A stretch of DNA of 64,000 nt from a virus (IMGVR_UViG_2695421015_000001:32001-96000); one strand, 5' to 3'. Positions 1-9,460 are shown, numbered from the stretch's first letter. Notes: a model not told the origin generated them from the sequence alone. A program made the numbers and translations.

Positions 1-206
1 CGCTTTCGGTGGAGGCGGCAAGGGTGGTGGTGGCGGACATGCGCGGACAGAACGTCCGCAACAGAGACGCCATCGTTCTCGCTGCCGACATCGAGCGGTG
101 GGCCAATCACTGCGAGAGACTGAATGCGGGCTGGCTGTTCATGGGTAGTCCGGCCGGCGGCTTCGACGCTCTGGCGCACGGCAGCGCCTGAGCTTCAACC
201 ATTGGG

Positions 207-404
207 GTGGGCATGGGGACTGAAGCGAATGCGCCGGCGGCGCGCAAATCAAACGCGACCTTGAAGGTCAGGCTCGGGGCAGGCGTCTCGATTGATCTTC
301 GGGCGGAGGCCAAGCGGCGCGGTGTTGAGTACGACGAGTTCGCAGCAGAGATCATCGATGCTGTCGTTAATAACAAGCTCTATGCAGCTGTACTGGATCA
401 ATAA
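207..404 (+). CDS. small hypothetical protein, possibly DNA-binding
   Basis: 65 aa ORF whose stop overlaps the primase ATG (TAATG). Confidence 0.5.
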   Translation: MGMGTEANAPAARKSNATLKVRLGAGVSIDLRAEAKRRGVEYDEFAAEIIDAVVNNKLYAAVLDQ

Positions 405-2743
405 TGGAAGATTGGGGTCGATATATCGAGGCGGTGGCCGACGCTCTGCTCGGCAAGCCGACGTCACGCAAAAGCGGAGAGCTGCGCTACGGCAAGCGGG
501 GCTCACTCAAGGTCAACATCGAGACCGGGTTCTGGGATGATTTCGAGGCCGGCGACGGCGGCGGAACACTTGCGCTCATCAAGCGCGAGAAGGGGATGGA
601 AGGCAAAGAGGCGATCGACTGGATGCGCGATACACTGGGGCTTGATATCGAGGATCGTCGTCCGCAGCAGCAGGGGCGCGCATCGAGCGCGCAGTCCGAA
701 CGCGAGCCGGATCGCAGGCCCGATCCCAAGCCGGCAGCGCCCAAAGCGAAGCCTAAGCTGGTCAAGACCTACGACTACACGGCCGAGAGCGGCGAGTTGT
801 TGTTCCAGGTCTGCCGCATGGAGCCGAAGAACTTCCTGCAGCGCCGCCCGGCACGCCCCGACGACGATCCGTCCGACGTCAGGGGCGAATGGGTGTGGAA
901 GCGCGACGGCATCACGCAGGTGCCGTATCGGCTGACCGAGTTGATCGAGGCCGTCGCGGACGAGCGCACGATCTTCGTTGTCGAGGGCGAGAAGGACGTC
1001 GACAATCTGGCCGATCTGGGCGTTCCCGCCACCTGTAATGCGGGCGGCGCCGGCAAGTGGCCGGATGAACTGACGCCGTACTTCAAGGATGCGGACGTCG
1101 TCATCATTCGCGACAACGACCCGCAGGCCAAGAACCCTCAGACCGGCGAGTTGCGCTGGCATCCCGACGGTCGCCCGGTATTGCCGGGGCAGGATCACGG
1201 CATGATGGTTGCGGGCAAGCTGCGCGGCACCGCCAAGCGCGTTCGCATCCTCGATCTGCCGAACTTGCCGCTGAAGGGCGACACGACCGACTGGCTCGAG
1301 GCCGGCGGAACGTCGAGCGAGCTTTACCAGCTGGTCGGTTCGATCGCGAAGCTGTACGAGCCCAAGCCCTTTGTCTCCAAATTTGGAGCCGTTATGTGGG
1401 GCGCGCCGCGCGCCACGCGCACGCCCTACCAGTATGTGATCAAGGGGCTGATCCCGCGCAAAGAGACGGTGCTGATCTACGGGGCCAGTCAGTCCGGCAA
1501 GAGCTTCTTCACCCAGGACCTCGCGATGGCGGTGGCGCGCGGAGGGGACTATCTCGGCCGCAAGGTGCGGCGCGGTCTGGTCGTCTACTGTGCCGCCGAG
1601 GCCGGCGCCGGCTTCGTCTATAATCGCTTCGCCGGCTACGCCGCGGGCAAAGGCATCTCCGAGGACGAATACCTTCCGTTCATCTGTCTCACCAAAAAGT
1701 TCGACCTGTTCGGCAATGAGCAGCAGGTCATTGAACTGATCGCCGAGATCAAGGTGCTGGTGGCGAACTGGAACGAGATGTTCCCCGACGACCAGCTCGA
1801 ACTCGAAGCCGTGGTGATCGACACGTTAAACAAGACCACGCCGGGCATGGACGAGATCAACGGCAAGGAAGTCGGCCTTGTGATGTCGCGGCTCGATCGT
1901 ATCCGCGAGGAGTGCGATTGCGGGCTCTGGCTTGTCCACCACATGAACGCCGGCGGCACGGGTCCACGCGGTCATACCTCGCTGTATGCGGCGTTCGAGA
2001 CCGCCATCAAGATCGGGCGCTACGATCACACTGCCAAGGACGCGCCGGCCAAAATCGCGGATGGCAACAAGCTGCGCGATCGCCGCTTCACCCAGATCAC
2101 CAAGCAGCGCGAAGGCGAGGACGGCGAGATCACGGACTTCTTCCTGCGCGGCGTCATCGCCGGGTACGACGAGGACAACGCCCCGATCCCGGGGGCGGTC
2201 GTCGAATGGATCGATGCTGATCCAGCGGCCAGGGTCAAGCAGGCCGAAGAAGAGGCTGGCATCAACATGACCGACCAGAACCGCAACACCTATCGCGCGC
2301 TGCGTCGCGCGCTTGAGGAGTTCGGTGTCGCGCCGCCGCCACGGCTTGGTCTGCCGAAGTCTGTCGACCGTGTCGTCGAGGCCCAGCGCTGGAGCCAGAT
2401 CTATCGGGAGAATTTTGCGGCGGATGCATCGGATGACGCTGTCAGGAAGGCGATCCAGCGCGGCAACAATTTCATGATCGATAAAGGCATCATGGCGCGC
2501 TCCAATCCCTTTGTCTGGATCACCGGGAAGAGAATCCGGGGTGTGCCGAAGCGGCCCGATCCGGTCGATCGCGAGGAGGAGGCCACCCCTCCCAGTGAGG
2601 AGAGCAGCCGCGTCTCGACATACTTCGATCAGGGCGAGCCGGAGTTCGGTGACGATGCGGAGATGGGTGACATGCCCGTCGTCGACGGACCCGCGATGCA
2701 GCCCCCGTTCGATGCGACACAGATTGGAGGGCCTGCCGAATGA
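404..2743 (+). CDS. DNA primase-helicase (TOPRIM + RepA/AAA_25-type helicase)
   Basis: TOPRIM motifs VVEGEKDVD and IIRDND; Walker A GASQSGKS, Walker B VVIDTL, and LVHH..G.RGH typical of RepA-like helicases. Confidence 0.9.
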   Translation: MEDWGRYIEAVADALLGKPTSRKSGELRYGKRGSLKVNIETGFWDDFEAGDGGGTLALIKREKGMEGKEAIDWMRDTLGLDIEDRRPQQQGRASSAQSEREPDRRPDPKPAAPKAKPKLVKTYDYTAESGELLFQVCRMEPKNFLQRRPARPDDDPSDVRGEWVWKRDGITQVPYRLTELIEAVADERTIFVVEGEKDVDNLADLGVPATCNAGGAGKWPDELTPYFKDADVVIIRDNDPQAKNPQTGELRWHPDGRPVLPGQDHGMMVAGKLRGTAKRVRILDLPNLPLKGDTTDWLEAGGTSSELYQLVGSIAKLYEPKPFVSKFGAVMWGAPRATRTPYQYVIKGLIPRKETVLIYGASQSGKSFFTQDLAMAVARGGDYLGRKVRRGLVVYCAAEAGAGFVYNRFAGYAAGKGISEDEYLPFICLTKKFDLFGNEQQVIELIAEIKVLVANWNEMFPDDQLELEAVVIDTLNKTTPGMDEINGKEVGLVMSRLDRIREECDCGLWLVHHMNAGGTGPRGHTSLYAAFETAIKIGRYDHTAKDAPAKIADGNKLRDRRFTQITKQREGEDGEITDFFLRGVIAGYDEDNAPIPGAVVEWIDADPAARVKQAEEEAGINMTDQNRNTYRALRRALEEFGVAPPPRLGLPKSVDRVVEAQRWSQIYRENFAADASDDAVRKAIQRGNNFMIDKGIMARSNPFVWITGKRIRGVPKRPDPVDREEEATPPSEESSRVSTYFDQGEPEFGDDAEMGDMPVVDGPAMQPPFDATQIGGPAE

Positions 2744-3249
2744 AGAACCAAGATCACATACCGCAGCAAACCATCGTCGACCCGGCAAAGGTCCGTCCCC
2801 GGCAGGGGGCGGCACACGGGGAGGCCGTGTGGCACCACGAGATGGTCGGCGGTCGCCTCGTCGAGGCCGCAGCCACCGTGCGGCGCATGCCGATGCGGAT
2901 TTGGCCGAAGCAGTTCGGCACCGCGTGGCCGCACTTCGAGGCGATGACGGCCGGCGAATTGCAGGCGCTCAAGAACGAGCTTCAGCAGGCCGGTCAGCTT
3001 GAGGCATGGGAGCGCGAGCAGAACCGCATTCGCATCCCGCCGTCGGGGGCGGAGATCGAGCGCTGCGAGCAGGCCCTCGGCTGGATACCTCGTTATCTGT
3101 CCCACGACACCGAAACCGCGCAGGCCGTCGGCTTCTGGGCCAGCAAGACGTTCGACTTCAACGAGGATCAGATCCCCGGCTTCGTTCGCAGCGGGTTGCG
3201 GGAAATCTCGCGCGGCCTGCGCCGCGATCGCGTGCCGGTGAGAGCATGA
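2740..3249 (+). CDS. conserved alphaproteobacterial phage protein (DUF6362-like, possible transcription regulator)
   Basis: Motifs V..RLVEAA.T.RRMP and PSGAEIERCEQALGW recalled from that family; coupled to primase (ATGA overlap). Confidence 0.5.
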   Translation: MKNQDHIPQQTIVDPAKVRPRQGAAHGEAVWHHEMVGGRLVEAAATVRRMPMRIWPKQFGTAWPHFEAMTAGELQALKNELQQAGQLEAWEREQNRIRIPPSGAEIERCEQALGWIPRYLSHDTETAQAVGFWASKTFDFNEDQIPGFVRSGLREISRGLRRDRVPVRA

Positions 3250-3283
3250 TTGAACCCCCGCAGGAGTCCTAGACCAACCACCC

Positions 3284-3330
3284 AAGAGGCGTTCGCAGCG
3301 TCTCTTCCAACATAACCAAGGAGACCAAAC
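3284..3330 (+). promoter_or_regulatory. hairpin(TTCGCAG loop)+CAAGGAGACC leader, the only + strand copy
   Basis: AAGAGGCG-TTCGCAG-CGTCTCTT at 3284-3306; CAAGGAGACC at 3317-3326; GTG at 3331. Confidence 0.85.
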
Positions 3331-3480
3331 GTGATCAGAGAATTTATTATTGGCGTGTCGATGATCGACATCCATCGCCGGCTTCGTCGCGAGGGCATGA
3401 AGCTCATTCGCCTGGAGCCGCGCACGCTGCCGCAGGGCGGCGGCATCGAGGCCTACGTCGCGCTCTACGTCAAGGCGTGA
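3331..3480 (+). CDS. 49 aa hypothetical protein (not in ORF track)
   Basis: GTG start directly after the conserved leader; open frame MIREFIIGVSMIDIHRRL...YVKA*. Confidence 0.7.
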   Translation: MIREFIIGVSMIDIHRRLRREGMKLIRLEPRTLPQGGGIEAYVALYVKA

Positions 3481-3701
3481 GGTGGTCAAAAATGGCACCC
3501 CCACTCAAGACCCATTGCAAGCGCGGGCATCCCTTCACGGCCACCAATACGAAGCTGAATAAACTGTCGTCGGGATACACGGTGCGCCAATGCAAGCGCT
3601 GCCGTAGCGAGTTCGAGAAGCTGCGGTATCACAACAATCCGAAGCGGCAGGCGGCGGTGCGCGCCCGCAGGAACGTGAGCTACTACGAGGCCCGCCCATG
3701 A
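3477..3701 (+). CDS. zinc-binding protein with CKRGH...CxxC module
   Basis: KTHCKRGHPF...RQCKRCR, the module usually found next to phage HNH domains. Confidence 0.65.
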   Translation: MRWSKMAPPLKTHCKRGHPFTATNTKLNKLSSGYTVRQCKRCRSEFEKLRYHNNPKRQAAVRARRNVSYYEARP

Positions 3702-4381
3702 CGCCGGTCCGCACGCTCACGGTGATCGAGGGGCGACCGCAGAGGTCGTTCGCCAAGCAGTGCCACAAATGCAGCTACAGGGCGGCGGTGCCCGTCAACA
3801 CAATGAAGCGACCCGGCGCCGAGAGCGCCGAGAGACAGATCATCACTCGCAAGTTCGAGGCGCTCGGCTGGGAGATCGGCAAGAAGGACATCTGCCCGAG
3901 CTGCGTCCGCAACGCGAACCACCCACAAAAGAAGGAAACTGAAGTGCAGAACCAGCAGGTCAAGCCAGAGGTGGCGGTAGCGTCGCAAGAACCGCGCCAG
4001 CCCACCCGCGACGAGCGTCGCATCATCTTTGACAAGCTGAACAACGTCTATGTCGACGAGCGCACCGGCTACAGCCCGGGGTGGACCGACAAGAAGGTGT
4101 CGGTTGATCTCGGTGTGCCGCAAGCGTGGGTCGAGAAAATCCGCGACGAGAATTTCGGGTCCATCGGCTCCAACTCGGCGATCGACGAAGCCGTCGCGCG
4201 CGGGCAGAGGTTTCTGGATCAGGCGGTCGAGATGTTGAAGATCTTCGATCAGAAGCTGGTTGCGCGAGACAAGCTGGATCTGGAAATCCGCGAGCTGTGC
4301 AAGCCGATCGAAAGTCTCCGTGAGGAGCGCTCGAAGCTGGACAGCATGATCCGCGATCTGGCGAAGGCGGTGCGCCCATGA
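3698..4381 (+). CDS. hypothetical protein (CxxC pairs, C-terminal coiled coil)
   Basis: 227 aa ORF, translationally coupled on both sides. Confidence 0.7.
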   Translation: MTPVRTLTVIEGRPQRSFAKQCHKCSYRAAVPVNTMKRPGAESAERQIITRKFEALGWEIGKKDICPSCVRNANHPQKKETEVQNQQVKPEVAVASQEPRQPTRDERRIIFDKLNNVYVDERTGYSPGWTDKKVSVDLGVPQAWVEKIRDENFGSIGSNSAIDEAVARGQRFLDQAVEMLKIFDQKLVARDKLDLEIRELCKPIESLREERSKLDSMIRDLAKAVRP

Positions 4382-4824
4382 TGACCTTGATCAGATTTGT
4401 CCCGCTGTTGTTTGTTCTGGCGGTGGCGCCGATCTCGAGCGCGCAGGCGCGGGGGCATCACCACTATCGGCACCATCATCGTGCCCTGCGCAGGCGCGCG
4501 GTGACGGAAGGGGCTGTCGTCGTCGGCACACGCCCGACCGGCTGTCCGCACGCCTTCTGCGGCTGCGAGGCGAGCCTGTTCCTGTTCCACAAGATCGTCC
4601 CGGCATTGAACCTGGCCTACAACTGGCTGCGCAAATTCCCTCGCGCTGAGCCGGCGCCTTATCGGGCTGCAGCCAGGTCCGGTCATGTGTTCGTGCTGCT
4701 GCGCCATGTGGTCGGCGATCTGTGGTTCGTCCACGACGGCAACTCCGGCCATCACCTGATCCGCGAGCATGTTCGCTCGATCCGCGGCTTTGTGATCGTC
4801 GACCCCAGCGGGAACCCGTCATGA
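4378..4824 (+). CDS. secreted protein, possible CHAP/NlpC-P60-like Cys-His hydrolase
   Basis: Signal peptide, His-rich linker, FCGC...GHV...DGNSG pattern. Confidence 0.45.
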   Translation: MMTLIRFVPLLFVLAVAPISSAQARGHHHYRHHHRALRRRAVTEGAVVVGTRPTGCPHAFCGCEASLFLFHKIVPALNLAYNWLRKFPRAEPAPYRAAARSGHVFVLLRHVVGDLWFVHDGNSGHHLIREHVRSIRGFVIVDPSGNPS

Positions 4825-5026
4825 TGGCGATGCAGCAGATCGCGAAGCTGAACCGGGGCGAGCAAGTGTTGACCTACCAGCTCGTACCGATCGCGCCACG
4901 CAAGCCCGTCGTCGGCGAGCTTCGCTACATCGTGCCGCTCGTCCCCAATCCTGCCGAGCCGCTGGCGCAAATGTTTCCGCTGCGCCCGCAACGGATCGCA
5001 TGGACCGGCAAGGAATGGGTGCTGGC

Positions 5027-5275
5027 ATGAATTTCTGCAAGCGAGGCCACGCGCTGACGCCAGAGAACAGCCGGCAGGAAAAATCAAAAGAGTGCAGGGG
5101 CGGTTTCAGGATCAGGTGCAAGACCTGCATCCGGCTGAACTACCGGCGGAGGTATCGGGACGACGAGGATTTCCGCAAGCGAGCGCTCGCCTACTCGCGC
5201 TGGTTCAGCCGCGGCCACCCTGAAGGGAAGCAGTGGTCTGAGATCAAGGCGCAATATGCGGGAGATCCCGCATGA
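5027..5275 (+). CDS. zinc-binding protein with CKRGH...CxxC module
   Basis: MNFCKRGHALTPEN...RCKTC. Confidence 0.6.
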   Translation: MNFCKRGHALTPENSRQEKSKECRGGFRIRCKTCIRLNYRRRYRDDEDFRKRALAYSRWFSRGHPEGKQWSEIKAQYAGDPA

Positions 5276-5604
5276 CCGAGGCGCTGTCGCGCCGCGAGCG
5301 CTATTTCCTGTCGCTCCTCGCCCCCGACGGGGCGACGATTAGTGTCGGCCTTTCGGTCGGAGAGTCGTTGTACCTCAAGGGGCTTGTGACGCTGGCGAAG
5401 TGGAAAAGATACGGCATAACGGAAGCGGGGCGAGCGGCCCTAGCTGGCGTTGCCTATGCGGCAAACGGTGCGGGGCGGCCCAATGCCCCGCCCCGGAAAA
5501 CGCCCATGGGAACCCGCCCCAAGGGCAGGGGAACCGGGGGCGGAACCGGGCAGGGGAACCGGGGGCTAACCGGGCAGGGGCAGGGGCAATTGACCCTGAT
5601 TTGA
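5272..5604 (+). CDS. hypothetical protein whose C-terminus runs into a low-complexity island
   Basis: Coupled start; Gly-rich tail encoded by GGGGCAGG repeats. Confidence 0.45.
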   Translation: MTEALSRRERYFLSLLAPDGATISVGLSVGESLYLKGLVTLAKWKRYGITEAGRAALAGVAYAANGAGRPNAPPRKTPMGTRPKGRGTGGGTGQGNRGLTGQGQGQLTLI

Positions 5605-5806
5605 GGGCCATACGGCGGGGCAGAAACGGCCCTAGGAGCGGCGTTTAGGGGTAGGCGCCTAAGCCTATACCGAAAGGCCTAACCCTAGGCCTTTTGGCGG
5701 CCCTTTGGGCCTGATAGGGCCGAAACGGCCCTATTTGCCGGAGGTGCCTAAATACCGTTACCCGAGCAAAGGAAAAGCCCCCGGCAAGGGCCGAAACTGG
5801 ACCTTG
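5377..5806. repeat. G-run-rich, TC-free island 1
   Basis: GGGGCAGG/GAACCGGG repeats; no TC dinucleotide seen on the + strand; hairpin ATAGGGCCG-AAA-CGGCCCTAT at 5714-5734. Confidence 0.8.
5673..5695. terminator. probable bidirectional intrinsic terminator between the convergent blocks
   Basis: AAAGGCCTA-ACCC-TAGGCCTTTT. Confidence 0.55.
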
Positions 5807-5823
5807 TCGGGGGCGGGTTGTTG

Positions 5824-6219
5824 CTATCGGAACAGAAGCGAAGCCGCTCGTTCCCATGGGTGACGATCGCGGACGATCTTGGCTTCCGTTTGCGCGCGGC
5901 CGTTGCCGCGCATTTGCATATCTCGGATCGTGACCCGGATCAGCGGCGGGCTTTCGCCGGCCGCTTCGTTGAGCCAAACGATCATGTGGCCATTGTTGAG
6001 TCGCTGGTAGACGGCTCTCGCATCAACATCCCAGCTGCTGCGCCCGTAGAAGCCAGGTCCATCGTACCCGCTCAGCCACCGATCCCAGTGATCTCTGTGG
6101 GTGTTGTAACCGCCTTTGGTGAGGCGATCCGACTCCGGCATCGTGGCCGGCAGGCGCCGCACGGCGAGCAGCATCTCGTGGATCGAATAAGAGCGTATCG
6201 CCATCATCGCACCACGCAT
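5824..6219 (-). CDS. hypothetical protein (last gene of the minus-strand array)
   Basis: 131 aa ORF with phage-like codon usage. Confidence 0.65.
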   Translation of the reverse strand: MRGAMMAIRSYSIHEMLLAVRRLPATMPESDRLTKGGYNTHRDHWDRWLSGYDGPGFYGRSSWDVDARAVYQRLNNGHMIVWLNEAAGESPPLIRVTIRDMQMRGNGRAQTEAKIVRDRHPWERAASLLFR

Positions 6220-6470
6220 TCTTCAATGACGTGCCACTCCTCGCCGCGCTCGCTCATCTTCTCCCAATAGCGGGAGACAAGCTCGTCGTCGGCGGGGCGG
6301 GTCTCGGCTCCGAACTCATGATCCCACCATTCGTCGCAGTGGTCATGGACCGCGCCGTCCGCGGCCGCCCGCGACGGGTGCGCGGTGACGGTGGTTCCAT
6401 GCTTGTGGTCGATCACCAGCACCCAAACTCTGGTGTTAGTTTTTTGCACCAATTCGGTGTCAGTAGTCAT
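6204..6470 (-). CDS. hypothetical protein
   Basis: ATG after ACGGAGACCAAATCT; MTTDTELVQK... Confidence 0.7.
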   Translation of the reverse strand: MTTDTELVQKTNTRVWVLVIDHKHGTTVTAHPSRAAADGAVHDHCDEWWDHEFGAETRPADDELVSRYWEKMSERGEEWHVIEECVVR

Positions 6471-6592
6471 AGATTTGGTCTCCGTGTTTGTGATAATGAG
6501 TCGCTGCTCCGATTGATGGACGCTGGGATGGTCTCCTTGCAGCCAACCTCTCGGGCACGAGGCGGGAGCTGCGAACTCCCGCCTCACCTTTT

Positions 6593-6787
6593 TTAGCGCC
6601 GCAGTCTCTCCGTGATAGAGAGTATGGCGTTGTAGTCGTCGGCGTCCGGCGGCTTCGAATCGTTGTAGCGCGGAGGCGTGCCTCCGAGCGCCCGATCGTA
6701 GGCGTCGATCTCTGCGGTCACCTCGCCGGCGATCTGCTCGATCTGTAACAGATGCCGGATACGGAAAAAGGCAAGCAACAGTTTCAT
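6593..6787 (-). CDS. hypothetical protein
   Basis: 64 aa, coupled to the upstream gene, GGAGAC RBS. Confidence 0.55.
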   Translation of the reverse strand: MKLLLAFFRIRHLLQIEQIAGEVTAEIDAYDRALGGTPPRYNDSKPPDADDYNAILSITERLRR

Positions 6788-7194
6788 CGCGCTGTCTCCT
6801 CCGTCAGCATGGCGGACAGTGTGCGGAAGCGATCAGCGGCTTTGTTCTGATCCTCGACGAAGGCCAGGAGCGCCGTTGACAGATGGTAGCGCAGGGTCTT
6901 GGTTGACGCTTCGCTGCGGTCCATCAACAGGTCACCGGGCTTGCCGTCCTCCGAGGTGACGGCCATCTGGAGGAAGTCCGCCAACACCGTTAGCCGATAG
7001 AAATTCAACGCGGCGTTTAGGATGTCTGCCTTCTGGCCGTCCGCCAGATCGGGTCTCTTGCACAGGCCTGATACTGCGATATTGACGGCGAGGGTTGCGC
7101 GCGTGGCGGCCGACATCTTCGGTACCCTCTCCTTCAAGAGGTTGATGAAGGCGTCGGCGTCGAGCTTGGAGAAGTCTGCAGTTGCGTGTTCCAT
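6784..7194 (-). CDS. hypothetical protein
   Basis: ATG follows the conserved leader. Confidence 0.75.
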   Translation of the reverse strand: MEHATADFSKLDADAFINLLKERVPKMSAATRATLAVNIAVSGLCKRPDLADGQKADILNAALNFYRLTVLADFLQMAVTSEDGKPGDLLMDRSEASTKTLRYHLSTALLAFVEDQNKAADRFRTLSAMLTEETAR

Positions 7195-7249
7195 AGTCGT
7201 GGTCTCCTTGTGAATGCCGGCTGCGAACCGGCGGTCGAGGTGGGTGGAT

Positions 7250-7483
7250 TTATCGGTCGTCGCGATGCACGATGACGACCTTCTCCGATTTGGGCGCCGT
7301 GCAGGCCCAGATCAGGGCGGCGATCCAGCCGAGGATCGTCCATCCCAAGAGCAGGTTGGTCATGAAGATCGCGAGCGTCTGACGATGCCGGCGGATCAGG
7401 CTGATGGATGTCGGTATGAAGTAGAGCGACAGGATGACGAGGAGCCCGATCAGAGCGGCTCCGTTATCAGAGGTATTGTTCAT
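7250..7483 (-). CDS. imm: superinfection immunity protein (T4 Imm-like)
   Basis: LYFIPT...RRH...IF..NLLLGWTILGWIAALIWA is the Imm family signature. Confidence 0.85.
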   Translation of the reverse strand: MNNTSDNGAALIGLLVILSLYFIPTSISLIRRHRQTLAIFMTNLLLGWTILGWIAALIWACTAPKSEKVVIVHRDDR

Positions 7484-7535
7484 TGGTGGTCTCCTTGTGA
7501 ATGCCGGCTGCGAACCGGCGGGTGGGTGGCTTGGT

Positions 7536-7775
7536 TTAGATGAAAAGTCGGCGCCGCACTGGCGGCAGCGATATCGCGATCGCCTTTTCGATGGCGCCCA
7601 AGGCTTCGTCGCCCGGGGAGCCGTTCGGGTGCAGTAGCCGGGCGCAACGGATCAGGTACGCCGCGGCATGTTCCTCGCAACAAAAGCGAGGGATCTCAGA
7701 CCTGCGAATGGTGACCGAGATGACGGTATCGGTGCTTTCGCAATTGCCCCAATGGCACATGAACTCACGGGGCAT
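7536..7775 (-). CDS. small Cys/His protein
   Basis: CHWGNC...FCCEEH. Confidence 0.55.
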   Translation of the reverse strand: MPREFMCHWGNCESTDTVISVTIRRSEIPRFCCEEHAAAYLIRCARLLHPNGSPGDEALGAIEKAIAISLPPVRRRLFI

Positions 7776-7941
7776 ACGGTACCTCCTCGACCTTCACGAC
7801 CTTCATCGCGACGACCTCGGCCTTGTCCATTAGGCAGTCGCCGCAACTGACGGCAGGGTCGGGGACGCGATCCTCGCGGACGACGTCCGATAACTTGTTG
7901 CAGGATGGGCAGACGACGTGGAAGAGATATCGCCGCTTCAT
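7765..7941 (-). CDS. small zinc-ribbon protein
   Basis: Start after the leader; CPSC...CGDC. Confidence 0.65.
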   Translation of the reverse strand: MKRRYLFHVVCPSCNKLSDVVREDRVPDPAVSCGDCLMDKAEVVAMKVVKVEEVPYAP

Positions 7942-8123
7942 TGTTCGGTCTCCTTGGATTGGCGCCGCTGCGAACGGCGGTTGAGTTGTTCTTCGGCCCA
8001 CGCGAGCGCTCCTTCGTAGAACTCGCGGGGGAGGTCGCCGTCACTGTCGCCGACAGCGCCGGCGAGTTTGGCGTGCAGGGCCTCGATGATGGCTTCGAGG
8101 CGGCGGGTGCTGAGTGAAGCCAT
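7938..8123 (-). CDS. hypothetical protein; its 3' end runs through the leader
   Basis: 61 aa ORF coupled to neighbours. Confidence 0.5.
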   Translation of the reverse strand: MASLSTRRLEAIIEALHAKLAGAVGDSDGDLPREFYEGALAWAEEQLNRRSQRRQSKETEQ

Positions 8124-8296
8124 CAGACGATCACCTTCCTCACGCGGAAGGTTGCCTTTGGCGAGCGCTTGCGCATGAGCGCAGCGCCAGCCTCCGCCTC
8201 GTCCTCATCGCGATAGGCCTGCATGACGTACCATCTATCGAGGTCGGGCGGCTGTATCTCAACCGCCCATGGCCTCCGCTTGCTGAGGTTTGCCAT
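8123..8296 (-). CDS. hypothetical protein (MANLSK...)
   Basis: Coupled start with GGAGG RBS. Confidence 0.55.
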   Translation of the reverse strand: MANLSKRRPWAVEIQPPDLDRWYVMQAYRDEDEAEAGAALMRKRSPKATFRVRKVIV

Positions 8297-8541
8297 CACT
8301 TCGCCTCCCATTGCATGGCGGCGAAGGCGAGGTCCTCGACCAGATCGCGATACGCGGCCGGGTCGGTGCCGGTGCAGTCGAGACGGTTGATCTCGGCGAG
8401 TATCTCGGCTCGCACCAGCGCCTCCTGTAGCGTCTGGCCGAGCCGGGGCCAGCCATGTCCCCATTGCCTCTCGACGTATCTGGCAGCCTCCTTGATCCGT
8501 CGCTGGACGTCGCGCTTCATCGGCTTACTGAGGTTTGCCAT
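8296..8541 (-). CDS. hypothetical protein (MANLSK...)
   Basis: Coupled ORF. Confidence 0.55.
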   Translation of the reverse strand: MANLSKPMKRDVQRRIKEAARYVERQWGHGWPRLGQTLQEALVRAEILAEINRLDCTGTDPAAYRDLVEDLAFAAMQWEAK

Positions 8542-8545
8542 CAGA

Positions 8546-8839
8546 TCACGACGCACAGATCGCGCCGATCATCCAGTGGGTTTTGTCGCCGCGCTTGAAC
8601 CGCACGGCGCGTGCCTCCTCCCACTTGCGGCAGTTCGCGTCGAGATAGTCGTTGGCCGATTTCGCGTCGGCGAACTCGTCGCCGGCGACGAACATCAGGC
8701 CGGAGGCCATGCCGAAGCCGCCGGAGTAGGAGTGCCCGTTCTCGTAACGGTCTTGGTCCTGGGCCTCCGCGAACTTTTGCTTGACCGCCTCGCGGTCCAG
8801 TTTGCCGTCAAGCGTCATCGTCTCAAAATTTGCACCCAT
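8546..8839 (-). CDS. hypothetical protein
   Basis: ATG after the leader; MGANFETMTLDG... Confidence 0.75.
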   Translation of the reverse strand: MGANFETMTLDGKLDREAVKQKFAEAQDQDRYENGHSYSGGFGMASGLMFVAGDEFADAKSANDYLDANCRKWEEARAVRFKRGDKTHWMIGAICAS

Positions 8840-9047
8840 GGTGCTGGTCTCCTTGATTGGGGTTGATGCCCTCTGCGAAAGGGCGGTTAGCGATCCGGGT
8901 TCTCTAGCTCGTTGGTGAGGCTTCCGAGCCAAACAGGAGTTGCTGCAGCAACGACGACCGCATCCACGATGCGGGCATCGAAGTGTAGGCAGATTTTTGC
9001 GGCGGCCACGCCGATTAGAAAGCGGGCCACCGGCAATACCATCGCTA

Positions 9048-9395
9048 TCAGTGTCCGTGGTGCCATGTCCTGCCACCATCATGCGAGTGATGCCCGCCAG
9101 CCAGCGCCTTGGCGTCGACACGGCGACCTGCGAGCTGTTCGGCGCGGGCGAGTTGCTGTTTCGCCATCGCCGATCCGGTGGACATGATGCGCCGGTAGAC
9201 GCAAGCGTCGGTGACGCCCCTGCGATTGACAGCGGCATCGAGGCCCTCGAACGCGATCGCGCCAGTCGGACCGACCTTCGGCTTGACGCGGCCGTTGACG
9301 ATCGCCTGCGCGACGAGGTCGATGACCTTCTTGATCTCCTCCTTTCGTTCGGTGAGGGTTTGGGTGGGGGTACTTTTCCAAGTGTCGCACGCCAT
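9048..9395 (-). CDS. hypothetical protein, probable partner of the AAA ATPase
   Basis: Leader variant with a C(UUCG)G tetraloop hairpin at 9426-9449. Confidence 0.75.
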   Translation of the reverse strand: MACDTWKSTPTQTLTERKEEIKKVIDLVAQAIVNGRVKPKVGPTGAIAFEGLDAAVNRRGVTDACVYRRIMSTGSAMAKQQLARAEQLAGRRVDAKALAGGHHSHDGGRTWHHGH

Positions 9396-9460
9396 GTTGG
9401 TCTCTCCTTGATGAATGGGAAATGGGATCGGCGGCCGAAGCCGCCGATCTGTTACGTGGA

